In this document: positions 30,576 to 46,130 of the stretch, in pieces
How the letters are laid out: each line of letters starts with the position of its first letter
Numbering within the stretch: position 1 is the first letter of the stretch
Source: the human T2T-CHM13v2.0 reference genome, Homo sapiens
Assembly (NCBI RefSeq): GCF_009914755.1
Contig: NC_060932.1
Reading direction: 5' to 3' (one strand)
Length of the DNA stretch: 64,000 nt
The notes under the pieces: generated by a model
Told to the model about the DNA's origin: nothing
Seen by the model: the letters and a program-made list of their open reading frames with translations, nothing else
Databases searched by the model: none
Position numbers and translations under genes: made by a program

Positions 30576-30999
30576 AGACCAAAATTTGGTATTCTACACT
30601 CTGCTTGATGTAATAAGACTGTCATTTTTATTTCCTATTAATGAATATCATTTAGAGAATTTAAAAAAACAATTCTTAAAACAAAGATTTGAATGTTGGC
30701 AGATGACCTTATTTTATCTGAGAGAAAGTTGGTGCTTTTCCAAGACATAGTCCCAGTGAATTTCCTGTCTTCAATTCTGTTTCCTTTGAAGCATAACTGT
30801 CTGGGCTATAAAGAATTTTGATAAGATGATGAATGTTATTAATCCTAATTAAATAACCAATGATGCACTGTGGTCTTCCTGCCCTTCCCCTCTGCCTCTG
30901 ATATGCTAGGTCTCTATTGCACCTGACCTAGACAGTTCTAAGAATCCTTTACGCAGATCTCAGTCTTCAGCTTTTCCGACATCTACTCTGTGCCCACAC

Positions 31000-31640
31000 A
31001 GCTGCTTGTTCAAACTGTCAAAGACGCACATGAGACCACATCATCTCCTGTTTCAAATCCCACAGCTTTCAGAATGAAGTTCTGAAATGCTTCAGCCTGA
31101 AGTTGAAACTCCATCCCCTGACAACCGGGCCTCAATCTTGATCCCAGCCACACACCCTTTTCTGTGTTCCCCCCAAGTCAGGTTTGATTGCTTGGGATTA
31201 GATAGCTCATCGTTTCCTGCCAGCTCCATGCACAGAGGCATTTCCACAGCTTGCTGAGGGGGCCCTCTCCATCTGAGATGCTTTTCCACCCTTCTTCAGT
31301 CAGCCAACTTTTTTGCAAACACTAGCACCCAGTTGTAATGTCACTTGCCCTGTGATGGTTCCCTTGCCTTCATCTCCTGCCCTGGCCTTAACTCCAAACA
31401 AGTCAAAGCAGAATTTGCACATTTTCTAAGCTCCCTGCGGCCCATGCACATGCTGGTGAAGCTCACACCACTTTGCTGTACAGGAGCGAATGCCTGTCTC
31501 TGGCAGAGCATGAGCTCCTTATCCCAGGGGCTGGATCCTGTTCATTTCTGGGGCCTCAGTGTCTATCCCAACACGTTACTCATCATACACACTACAGATA
31601 TGTGTGGGATGGATGGATGGATAGATGGATGCATGGATGG
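31000..31640 (+). mobile_element. Decayed L2 with (GGAT)n tail
   Basis: L2-like 3' region ending in GGATGGATGG repeats at 31607-31640. Confidence 0.5.
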
Positions 31641-32724
31641 CTGAGGGAAGTTCTGACTCGTTTTTCTGAAAGTTTTGTTACTAACACAGCTCAGCTGTGA
31701 GTATCAGGAACCTTAACTTATTGAAATCTTGAATTTATAGCATAGGTTCTGACTTGTAATATGTGATGTTGATATAATTTGCTATTGCTTTCATTATTTT
31801 ATTCAACACATAATTATTATATACAGATTCAGTACACAGCTGGATTCATATCTTTAAAATACACAAAGCAACATTCTTATGAAATTCAATGAGAAAAAGG
31901 ACAGTCTGAAATTCCAGGTGACTCGTATTCACTGAGAACAATGTGAACAGGCCCCAACAGCCAGGGCAATTCGGAAGCTCCTGGGATTCATTCCTGAGCT
32001 CTGCAAAGCTCCCAGGGATGAGTGAGGCAAAGTTTTCACTCTGACCACACCTCATGGAGTTAATTGACTCGAAGTCCTAGAAGCCTCAGGAGGCCAACGT
32101 TGGCAAGAACTATGTTCACTTCTAGCCTTCAGAGGTCCGATAAGCAAGGAGAAATATGCATGAGTGAATGTGTTCACAAGAGAACTAATGGATGGATTGA
32201 GGGGAAAGGAAGATAATTAAGGGGTTGGAACAGTTATCAGTAAAAGGCTTGGAATGCATCTCAGGGGAGATCAAAGAACCAAGAAGAATATCACTATACT
32301 TTACAAGCCCCACATGGCAACATCAGAGGTCACTGGATGAAGTGAGGAAGGGGAAATTGGCTTGCTTGGAAAGAAAGGGCTTCTCAACTTCCCTAGCCCC
32401 AGGAGAAACCCCAGTAGAGGATATTTCAAACTGAAATTATATTTTCCTCCATGACTGTTACTTCTACCTAACATTCATCCTCTTCCTCCAATAACTAACT
32501 TTCATTTTGGCTTTTCCAAGGAGCATTTACAGGCATCTTTATATCTTATCCCCATGAGGAAGTTGAGGCATAGAGGTGATATGAATGGGCTGGGGCCACA
32601 CAGCAAATTTGTGGCCAGATTGGGACAGAAATGTACCATTCTCTTGGCCAGTGAAGTCTCATTCAACTCATTATGAATGAGATAATCATTCTCAGAATGA
32701 TTTTGTCCAGGCATTTAAGAAAAT

Positions 32725-33470
32725 GTTTTATTGAAATATAATATACACATAGAAAGATGCACATATCATAAGTTTACAAGTTGAGTGAATTTTTGCAACC
32801 TGAATATCCCTAGGTAACCAGGACCCAGATTGAGAAACTGAACATACTAGCACAAGGAAGTTATCTGGGGCCCCCTGCCAGGCATTGCCCCATCACTTCC
32901 CATTTCTAATGGCCTGAGTTAGCTTTTCCTGCTTCTGTGCATTACATAAACGGAATCAGGCAGAACCTTGGGTCTGGCTTCTTTTGTTCAGTGCTATTTT
33001 TGTGAGATTCTTCAGTGTACTTGCATTTGGTTGTAGGTTGCTCCTTCTCATTGCTGAATAGTATTCTATTACATAAAATGCCACAATTTATTCTATATTG
33101 AGGGGCATTTTGGTTGTTTCCCATTTGGGGCGATTACAAATAGTGCTACTATAAACACTTTAATGTTTGTTTGAGTAAAGATACATATGCCATTCTGAGA
33201 GATGCATATTCAGGAGTGAAATTGCTGGGTCATGGGGTGTGCATATATTTACCTCTACTAGATCCTGCCAAACAGATTTCCCAAGCAGTTGGACCAATGC
33301 ATTCCCACCAGCAATGCACGGCCACTCCTACGGCTTGACTATCCTCAGTGCTTTCTACTTTTTGTTGTTTTTATTCTTGTCATTCTTATAGGTTATAATG
33401 GTGTTGCACTGCAATCTTCATTTGAATCTTCTGAGAACTAATAAAAACAAACATCTTTCATATGGTTATT
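32725..33470 (-). mobile_element. Old L1 (L1MC/L1ME-type) 3' fragment
   Basis: TTTATTGAAATATAATATACAC...TTGCTGAATAGTATTCTATT...GGAGTGAAATTGCTGGGTCAT. Confidence 0.8.
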
Positions 33471-33484
33471 AAGTCCAGGGTCAG

Positions 33485-33874
33485 TGTCTTAGCTCAGGTA
33501 GCTATAACAAAACACAATAGACTGCATGGCTTAAACAACAAACATTCATCGTCTCTCACAGTTCTGAAGACTGGGAAGTCCAAGGTCAAGGTGCTGGCAG
33601 ATTCGGAGTTTGGTGAAGTCCTGCTTCCTGGCTTGCAGACAGCCATCTTCCTAGTGTATTCTCACATGATAGGGACAGAGAGAGAGAGAGAGCTCTGATC
33701 TCTTCCTCTTCTTATAAGGGACACTAATCCCATCTTTGGGGTTTCATCCACATGATATCAGCGAAACTTAATCACCTCCCAAAGGCCCACTTTCTTAACA
33801 ACACCACACTGGGGGCTGGGCTTCAACTCAGGAATCTGGGAGGGTTGGCGGGCACAAATATTCAGTCTGTAACA
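33485..33874 (-). mobile_element. Solo MLT1A-type LTR
   Basis: TGTCTTAG...TAACA with perfect 5-bp TSD GTCAG (33480-33484 / 33875-33879). Confidence 0.9.
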
Positions 33875-36800
33875 GTCAGGAAAGGGCCTAGACTGCCCTT
33901 TCTTGGCATCAGAATCTTGATTGCAATTGTCAGTAGGCATCTACTTGCTCCAGTCATCAATCTGTAAGAAAACTTGAAGAATTTTTTAAATATAGGAATA
34001 TAAAAACAAAATAATTCATCAAATTACCTTAACCATCAAACTCATCATATTCCCTCAACTTAATTTGCTAGCATTTATTTAGCTTTTACTCCACACCAAG
34101 CCCTGTGTGGGACTCTTTATTTTAAACTATTCCATTTAAAGGACGGGAAACAGTTTGTTCAACTGTGGAATTAAGCAGATAGCCATGCATATGTCCACAC
34201 ACAGGTGTGTATGCATGTGCAACACACACCCCTCATGATGCAGTCCTGGTACTGGCTTCCCCTGTTCCCCACACTCCCTTCCCAACCCCAACTGCAAGAA
34301 GAGCAGTAAAGCTCATGGGTAGACATGACTGAGGAAAATGCTTCCTTCCTGACCCCACTGAGTATCTCTCATTCATTCACTGGACGTCTGTTCGTTGAGG
34401 ATCATCTAATGGCAGGCTCTGCCCCATGCATAGGATACAGCCATGAAAAACCCAGGTGAAGTCCTGTCCTCATTGAGTTTATAGTTTACCTCTCTGTAAA
34501 CTGCAAGATGAATAAAACTACACAAGAATGATCACAGAAACCAAGCCATAGCATGATGCATCAGAGTGTTCTGTTAATTATTAAACCCGTAAACTGACAA
34601 CTCTAAAATGAAGCCCGATTTATGCTTATTTTGATGGCTTGGGAGGTGATTCAGCCTTTATTCCTCCTCCATCCTCTGTCCCACTAAACTAGAGCTCCAC
34701 CACGCAGGAGAAATGGAGACAGCTTCCTCGGTGACTTTATATTCGTATTCTTTTCATCCCAGAAATGAAGTAATACTGGAGTGAAATGCTGTTTTAAAGT
34801 GAAGTTGTGGAAAGACTCACTTCAGGAAAAGGATGTGACTGATGGGGGAGTGGAGAATCTGAAAGATTTCGGAGAACATTGTATGTAATTATTTATGGAG
34901 TTCCTGAGAATTTGCTTCCCTAATGAAAGATACAAAGAGGTAACACACATAGCTCATCTCCAGTGCAAGATAACATCATATTTTCCTAATCAAATTCTTG
35001 GAGAAAATAGCTAAGTTTCATTTTTCAAGAGCTGCAGGACTCCAGAGAAAGGGAACTAAACCTAATCTTGGGGGAGGGTGGTGTGGAGGCAAATCCCATC
35101 CTGGGGCCTATCTTTGTTATAAATCTACAAATAAGGGACCATTTTCACTCACGATTTCCTTTTAAATATTATGCAATTTGTAGTTGAAGAAGAAAGAGAT
35201 TCTTAACTGGTCAGTTTCTTCATTGACTTTGCTAATTGAAGCATTTCGTTAAATGAGTCTCATCCCTAATTTCCCGCCTTCAACCTGCATCAGCATGATC
35301 TGAACACAACACATCTTCTGATTTTTATTAACCTCAGTTCATTCAAAGACCATCCATGACTCCACATTGTCCAATGGGATAAAGTCCTCACTCCTTGTGG
35401 TTTCATTTGAAGCCCCAAAGTCTGGTCTCCACCTACTTTTCTACCGTAATCTACTACCCCATACACACAAGTGTGGGCAGAAAGAAACTAATCGTTTTGT
35501 TGGCTGGAAAACGCCTTCTGGCTTCCAGTCGCCATGCCTTTGTGTGGGGCCCTCTCCTCAGCTGAAGCATCCTCCCCAGTCGACCGCCACTTGCTTTTTC
35601 CTGTTAGGCTTTATTTGGGGTCTTCGTGTGCTTTGTCCTTCTGCTCTCACCTGGATTGTAAATGTTTTGAGGAAAGCCTCTCTTCCCCATAGGGCCCTAA
35701 TGAAAATGTCTGCCCCCAAACTACACAAGGCCTTCTAGGTAGGAGTGCTGAAGAGCTCTGTAAAGCCATATCCACCAGGGCCCTTCTTTAACAGTCAGAG
35801 AGCCTCACTGTTTTGTGAGCATGGTAAAGCCTGCAGCATTCTTGTGAGTGTTAGGCAAGAAATCCAAAGCATTTAGCATGGTACTCGGCATGTTATGAGT
35901 GCTAACAAGTTCTCCTGGCCTTGTTGCCTTCTTCAATTGACCCTCATATAAAAAAGGACTACTTCTCTGGGATCTAGTAATTTACCGATGGCACAATATC
36001 CAGAATAAATATTACATTATTATTTACTTCTGATTGCTGTTTGTAAAGAAGAAAAATATCACAGTACAGAAAATGCAGTTGGGGTGAATGAGTGCCGCTA
36101 AATTGTAAGCAAACATGGAGCCCAGGGCAGAGAGAAGAGGGAGCTGCCTGGGGGATCCGGCAACAGCAGACAGGAAATGCAGCGGTGCATTGGTGGAGCA
36201 GGAATTGACCCCCCGCTCTTGTTCATGCTTGAGTCTGTGGAAATGTCACCTTGCAGAAGAAACAGGCAGTGCTGGGGCTTTGAGGGGCTTTCAGTTTGTT
36301 CTCACCTACTGTGAGGGTGGGAGATGAAGAAGTGAGCCGCAGAACACATGGAAACCCACGGCTCTCTGCTGTGACAGGCAGCCTAGCGTTTTGGTCTCAC
36401 TGGACAAGTTTTGGTCATCTGAAAGCAAGAACTCTGCCATTTTGCAAGCCCAGGAAAAGATGCTGAGGTTTTTGCCAAAGTCAAAGCTGAAATAAAGACT
36501 TTCTCTGCCTGACAAGGAAAAGCGTGACCCACAAAGCTCAAGACTGAGGCTGTGCTCTAAAGGGGTTGCCCAGGGGCAAAATTAGGAAACTAACTTTAAC
36601 AGTGGTTTCTTCCTTCTTTACTTAGAGGACAATTCAGGACTCATCTGGGTGTAAGTCCATAGTAAACTATGTGGTATTATTTGAGGGGTCTGGCAAGGGA
36701 CATTATATCTAAAAATACTACCCTCACTCTGGATTTCCATCATTAAAAGTCATGCCCTTGAATACCCAAGTGATTTATTAACTCACTTAATAAATGTGTT

Positions 36801-37214
36801 TATTTATACCAGGCTGCCTACCATAAAGAATTTTAAATATCTTACCAGAACATATTTACTATAAGCTAAGGCATGAAGAAGAATTTTAAAAGACTAAGTG
36901 GAAATAAAGGTAGAAAATTGCAGGTAGGTAAAACTAATACAAATATGAAAGGCACTGGGCTCTCTAAAAGTGCTATAATTGAATCTAAGATTTGTCTCTA
37001 AGCTGAGAAAACAAAATAGAAGACATAGCAGGTTATACAAATTTTACTACCAGGAAAAAAAATTGTATATGTTGGCAGAATAAAGGCTCTGAGAAGTCCT
37101 GCAGCAGGTAAAAATACAACATAAATAACATCCATTTATGATTCTCATGACGTTCCAGGTACTGTTCTAAGTCCATTGCCTGCATCATCTCATTTAATAT
37201 CATAATAGCCCATG

Positions 37215-37806
37215 GAGCAGAGTGCACCTGACCCCACCTTCCTTCTGTGTGCCTCCCTGAAATGCAGAGGTTGGGATTCTGCAAGTGGAGTTCTAGTTTA
37301 GCAAAACGTGTCCCACCAGTGAGCTTCGCTGTGGTGAGATGGGGAAGGAGGAAGTCAGGCTATAGCCATGTTCCTTGGGTGCTGGCTATTTTTGCTCTCC
37401 AGGGGGCATGATTGTGAGGATGCCAATGTCCAGATGCCTGCTTTGGGTGCAGCAGCATTTGCAGTGGGGACAGCAGCATGACTGACCTCAATGGCCACGT
37501 CACTGCAGCAATGGCACTGGTGGCTTCCTTATCCCTGAATTGTAGCTACCATGGTGGTTCAAGAGATGATCTTATGATTTCTCACTTTTCAGATCTTGTA
37601 GAGTCTGCAGCAAGTCAGTTCCACTTTCTTTCTTTCTTTTTTTTTTTTTTTTTAAATTTCCGGGAGTCACTCTTGCAGGTCCAGCCTAGAATTTTCTCCT
37701 CCAGCCTTTCCAGGGATTTTTGAAATCACCTAGTTCCCTACATTGAATCCTTTTCTGCTTAGAACACCTGGAATGTTTTGTTTCCAACATGGAATCTTGA
37801 CTGACA
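37215..37806 (+). mobile_element. Old ERVL LTR (LTR33-like) inserted in a MIR
   Basis: 3' end AATCCTTTTCTGCTTAG...TCTTGACTGACA; MIR halves at ~37130-37210 and ~37810-37945. Confidence 0.55.
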
Positions 37807-39419
37807 TAGGCAGGTATTAACCTCATTCCTATTTTATGGAGGAAGAAATTGAGTCACAAAGAGCTTAAAAAGTGCACAAAGTTCACATCATTCTGAATAG
37901 CCAAGCAAGGACTGAAACCTGGTTCAGTGTGATGCCAAAATCTCTTATCACTTACTTGTTTAACTCAGAATTTCTCAGACTAATTGATCCCAGAATTTGT
38001 TTCTGTCTAACAGCTCTTAATATTCTATGGGACTAATCTTCAATGAGACCACTTTCAGACATTGTTTTTACAGGTACATTTGTTTTTAACACTGTGGGTT
38101 CTGACTAGGTAGGACTTGGCTAACTCAGTGGTAAGATATGAAAGGAGGTCCACCCTTCATCTAGACTCTGGAAAAATACTTGGCTTGGAAGTTGGGAGAA
38201 AAAGCAGTCTAGCCAGCAGCACACAGGAGACTTTTGAAGTAAAGAGCATGGGGTCAAAGCAGTTCTCTATTTGAGGCAGGACTTGCAGTATGTTTTGTGG
38301 GACACTTCATTGCTTTCTGTAACTTAGTTTATGCATCCATGAAATAATTTATGATACCTTTCACTCCCTGGTATTTTTTCAAGAGAGATGATATTCATAA
38401 TACTTTGGTCAGAATCCTTCCTGATGTGAGCCACAGAAATCCAATTCAAACTAGCTTGAGCAAGAAGACAAATATTTGGCTCCCAGTCTTCCCAGACTCC
38501 AGCTCACATCCCCATCGCTCCTGCTAACTTAGGGCCAGCAGCAGTGCATCTGTTCAGAAATCCCTCTTCCCTCATGGCAGTTTTATTTCAGGGGCTGCTT
38601 TGTACTTCCACAGCTCTGGGCCAGCAGTAACTGAGTTCACACAACCAGTTTCTTTAACTCTGAATTTTGCAAAGAAGGGATAGGTGTCTTGATATAAGCT
38701 CTCCCAGGAGGCATCCATACACATTGTGCAAATTGGCTCCCTTCTCCCAAGAGCTTTGCATGCAGACAGGGGCAGGCCTTGCTGAACCACACACACAAAC
38801 ATGCTTGTAATTCACGTACAATGGACATCTTGTGCTCTTCCTTGTTAAAGTTGGAGGTTGTTAAGGAAAAAACTTGGAGGAGTATGCTGAAAGAGGCAGA
38901 TGTGTTAGAAAGCGGAGTAGAAAAGCTCCCTATCCAAACTTCACTTTGAGACTTTAAGGTGTAGGGATAAGTCTAACGTAGATCAATGCTCAGTGAATGA
39001 CAGGCATTCTCAGGAGGTCTGCATGCTTTCCTTCTGGTCTCCCTGCCACCTTCTTCGCACTGGCTGTGTCTTGTTCTTCTATGTGCTGACCTCCTCCTTC
39101 TGCACTCCTGCTCTGGGATTCATGGTCATTATGTTTATGTTAATGGCTTTCAGGAGGACTTGACCCTGGCTGGAGGGGCCATTAAGTCTGATGCTCCCTC
39201 TGGGAAATCCTCCCACTCTGCTGCCTGGCAAAGCTTCCTGGGTTTCTCTGACAGGCGGCTGGATGAAGCTGGGGTCCTCAGGGGATCCTTGGTAGAGAGC
39301 GATGCCTGATTACCCGTTAAATTGAAACACGTACCAGGACATCTGAAACAAGGGAAAGAAAAATGTCAGAAATGTCAGTGTGGCAGAGTGGGAGGAGCAT
39401 AGCCCTGGAAAGGAAGGAA

Positions 39420-39520
39420 ACTGGAGCTGGCCTTGTCACCTCCTAGTGGTGTGACCTTGGCCAAGTCCTTTTGCTTCTCTGGGCCCTGATTTCATCCTCT
39501 GTAAAATGCAGAGGTTGGAA
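39420..39520 (+). mobile_element. MIR core
   Basis: TGTGACCTTGGCCAAGTC...TTTCATCCTCTGTAAAATG. Confidence 0.8.
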
Positions 39521-40604
39521 CATGGGAGCTATATAGTGCCCTTCAACTGTGGGGGAGTGTGGTGAAATAGTTGCTCTGTTCTGGACGCTTTATAAACATG
39601 GTTTCCTCTGGACTTTGAAGAGAACCCGTTTCATAATGAAGCACAGAGTGGTGCAGGGACTTGCAATAGAAAACTCAGAGAGAGCAGGCCATGCTGGGGT
39701 TTCAGCGCAGATTTGTTCATCCAGAAGTCTGCACTGCCTCCTCCAGGCCATCCTGTCTCCTGCACCACTCCTTGGGCAAGCTCCCAAGTCACTATGCCAA
39801 AGACCAGCCTAGCTAGATTAACTGGAATGTGAAGATGTCATGGTGAATTGTAGACTTTATTTCTTGGTTATTTAAGGGTCATGCAGTAGGAGAACAAGAA
39901 AGTAGAGGGGAGGAAGAGGAGGAAAAGGAAGAGGAGGGGAAGGAGAAGGAGAAGGGGAAGAAAACAATGACTTTTGGTGTTTCAATCTGTAACTGGAAAA
40001 AAAAAAAAAAAAGACACATCTGAGTCCATTCCTCTACCTGAGGACACTGAGCCAGTGGGTGAGAATCTCTGGTAGGGATCAGGTCCCTGCAGACTGTGGG
40101 GTCTTACAATTATTAAGCAAAAGCTGTGCTCCCCTCCCAAGTAGTCCTGAACTTCTCTACATGCCTCAGCACAACTCTCAACGTTTTATATTGTTACTGC
40201 CTATTTCACTTGTGTCTCTTCATCCAAACCCTGAATGATGTGAGGGAAGAGGGTAGAAATGACAGAGTCCTAGAATCTTAGAAAGTTGTCACTATCTGTC
40301 CTGCCTGGGGTTCTTGGGGCCTCCTCTGACATGGTTCTGGACAGCTGCTTTCTTTATTTCTGAAGGTGGGGCTTAGCACCTCCCCTGCTCTCTCCTTAAT
40401 AGGCAGAAAAACAGTCCCCCAAAGATGTCCACATCTAAACCCCAGAACCTGTGACTATGAATATGTTAGGTTATGTGGTAAAGGGGAATTAGCTTGCAGG
40501 TGGAATTAAGTTTACTAATCCACTAGCCTTAGCATAAGGAGATTGTCGTGCATTATTTGTGTGTGCCCAGTGTCATCACAAGGCTCCTTAAAAGTGGAAA
40601 AAAA

Positions 40605-40936
<332 letters not shown>

Positions 40937-41169
40937 TCATAGTGATGCAATGTGAGGAGAACTCAACCCACCATTTGCTGGCTTCGAAGACTGGGGAAGA
41001 TGTCAAGAGCCAAGGAACACCCCTAGAGAAAGGCCTCTAGAAGCTGGAAAGGGCAAGGAAAAAGATTGCCTACTGCAGCCTCCAGAAAGGAGTGCAGCCC
41101 TGCCAACACCTTGATTTTAGCCCAGTGGGTCTCCTTGTGGACTTCTAAACTACTGAACTATAAGATAAC

Positions 41170-43707
<2,538 letters not shown>

Positions 43708-43895
43708 ATAATAAATTTGTGTTGTTTTAAGGTACTGCCTGTGTCATAATTTTCTACAGCAACCATAAGAAACCAATACACTCTTCCAGCCCTGCTCTTA
43801 GAGATGGCCTTACTGTTCCCTTCCTCCCTATAGCTCCCTCATCATGAAGATGTAATCTTGACAGAACTATCTCTGAATAGTTCCTTTTGGGCATG

Positions 43896-44249
43896 TGATA
43901 TGGTTTGGCTGTGTCCCCACCCAAATCTCATCTTGAATTGTAATCCCCGTAATCCCCACGTGCCATAGGAGGGACCCAGTGGGAGGTAATTGAAGCATGG
44001 TGGTGGTTTCCCCCATGCTGTTCCTGTGATAGGGAGTGAGTTATCACGGTTTTATAAGCGTCTGGCATTTCCCCTGCAGGCACTCATTCTCTCTCTTGCT
44101 GCCCTACGAAGAGGTGCCTTCCACCATGATTGTAAGTTTCCTGAGGCTTCCCTAGCCATGTGGAACTATAAGTCAATTAAACCTCTCTTCCTTATAAATT
44201 ACCCAGTCTCCAGTGGTTCTTTATAGCAGCATGAGAACGGACCAATACA
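43896..44249 (+). mobile_element. Solo THE1 LTR (THE1C/D-like)
   Basis: TGATATGGTTTGGCTGTGTCCCCACCCAAATCTCATCTTGAATTGTA...AATACA; flanks GCATG / GCACA. Confidence 0.93.
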
Positions 44250-44479
44250 GCACATTCTTTCAGTGCTGGGAGGGAAGAATGCCTTCCTTGGTCTGGCCCT
44301 CCAGCTCACTTTCCTTCCTGTCTCCCTTCCCCATCTCTGGCATCAGCACTATCACTGCAGGCTCATGAAGTCCCTCACTCTCTCTGAATTCTGACTCTCC
44401 ACTTTCTCACTGGATAAATCTGAATGAGCATCAGTTTCAACAGAGAAAAGCTATGGGTTTTGCTTTCCAGCCTCCATTT

Positions 44480-45000
44480 GCCTTCCTCTTCATAACATGT
44501 CCCCAAATTCCTTCTGGAGCATCCTTCCTGTCCCAGGCTTAGTACATGTACTTGGGATGAGTAAATTCTACCTCTGGCTGCAAGTGTAGACGTGGATCCA
44601 GCCAGGTCAATTTCAACTTTGCTTTCTACTGGTCAGAATTATTGGCTTGTAAATGCCAAGTGGCCAAGTCAGGGTTAATAGTATACAAAAAAACATTTGT
44701 TATAACTGCCAAGAAGGAAGCATGCACCTTTTCCTACTTACCAATAACTAAATATGAGAGGAGATGGAGGCTGACCTGGACCACCATGTGGAGTCTTGGG
44801 GCCAAACCTACACAAAGGAAACCTGACTTAAGAAACAAAAGGCAAGCAAGTCCTAGTGACATCACGTGAGCTCCTGGACTCAACCATTCCTGAAGCCAAA
44901 TACCCCTGAAATTTTCAGTTCTTATGTCCATAAATTTTGTTTCATGTTTGACTTAATTTGAGTGAGCTTTTTGTTGCTTACAATGAAGAATCCTTACTAA
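44480..45000 (+). mobile_element. Old MLT1 (J/K-like) LTR
   Basis: ACCATGTGGAG...GTGAGCTCCTGGA...; end TTGTTGCTTACAATGAAGAATCCTTACTAA. Confidence 0.55.
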
Positions 45001-45120
45001 GAATTTTATTTTCTATTACATGCAATGTTAGTGACTACTTTACAAAGTTGATAGAAGTCAATGTAATAATAGATATGTCAGTACTGTATAAAGTGCAGTG
45101 CAGCACAGAGGGAGTCGCTG

Positions 45121-45274
45121 TGGTGAGACCCCTGATCCTGGTGGATCCAGAGCCATAAGGCAGGTGACATTTACTGGCTCATGGGACAGTAATAGACTCA
45201 CTGGCTCTGGTGAGACCCCCTGCTCCTGTTGGATCCAGGGCCACAAGGTAGGTGACATTAACTGGCCCATGGGA
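45121..45274. repeat. Diverged tandem duplication, two ~66-bp copies, period 87 bp
   Basis: TGGTGAGACCCC...GGATCCAG.GCCA.AAGG.AGGTGACATT.ACTGGC.CATGGGA at 45121-45186 and 45208-45274. Confidence 0.95.
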
Positions 45275-45429
45275 GGGTCAGTTCCAGGGCCTTGATATTA
45301 GCACAGACCTCATCTGCGAAAGTGTGAGAAATGCTCCCAAATTGAACACAGATATCCTGCAGACCCCAAGGGAGAACAGGGAGGTGTTTTACCAGAAGAG
45401 CAAAGAATCAGAAGCTTCTTGTGGCAAGT

Positions 45430-46130
45430 ATTAAGCGGCCAAATGAAGCGTCAGGAGGACCATGAAGCTCAGCGTTGCTGACCTGCATTTCTGATGCCAA
45501 TGAACCATGGGAAACAGACTGCTCCGGAGTAAAAGTCACTTTGTCATTCTTCCGTCACGTCTCTTTCTCGCTGTTAACACTCGGCTCAGACAGACAGCCT
45601 GCCGCATGGTCACATAGGAGCAGGAAGACAGATGGGCTTTATTTGCTCTGAGTTTTCAAAGGGAAAACAGGGTGGTGATATTAAAATGCTACCTTTGCTC
45701 CTGAGGACAAGTAGCTAGGACTATGCATCTCACTTCAGTAGGGACAGGGGTGGAGGAGTGGGGAAAGGGAGAGAGAGGGAAGGAGGCCAACATGGGTGAG
45801 GAAGACAGATATAAGCAAGAAAAGCAAGGCAGCAAGGAAGCAAGAAAGGGTGCGAGAAAGCACAGGGGAAAGAAAAGAAAAAAAAGTGAAGCCCAAGGGA
45901 GAAAAGAAGCGGGGAAGGAGTAGGAGAGGGAGAAGGAATAGAAGGAAGGGTGGGAGAAAGGCCGGGCCTAGCCTCTTAAAGAAAGGAAAGGAAAGGCTTC
46001 TGCAATGAGGACAGGAAAGCGGTAGGCAGCGACCTCCTGCCCACTCCCGCGAGAGGCAGTCTTGCCCATGCCCTGTGAGCTGCACGCGGGGAACAGGTCA
46101 GCCATGGCTCTAACTCCTCCCCGAGAGTCA
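45430..46130. promoter_or_regulatory. Candidate cis-regulatory element (CpG clusters in non-repeat DNA)
   Basis: About 19 CpGs by manual count in two clusters; two CGTCA (CRE half-site) motifs; not a classical CpG island. Confidence 0.35.

Noticed and set aside
45121-45274. Repeat-spacer-repeat as a CRISPR-like array
   Set aside because: Only two diverged 66-bp copies, eukaryotic context, no cas genes
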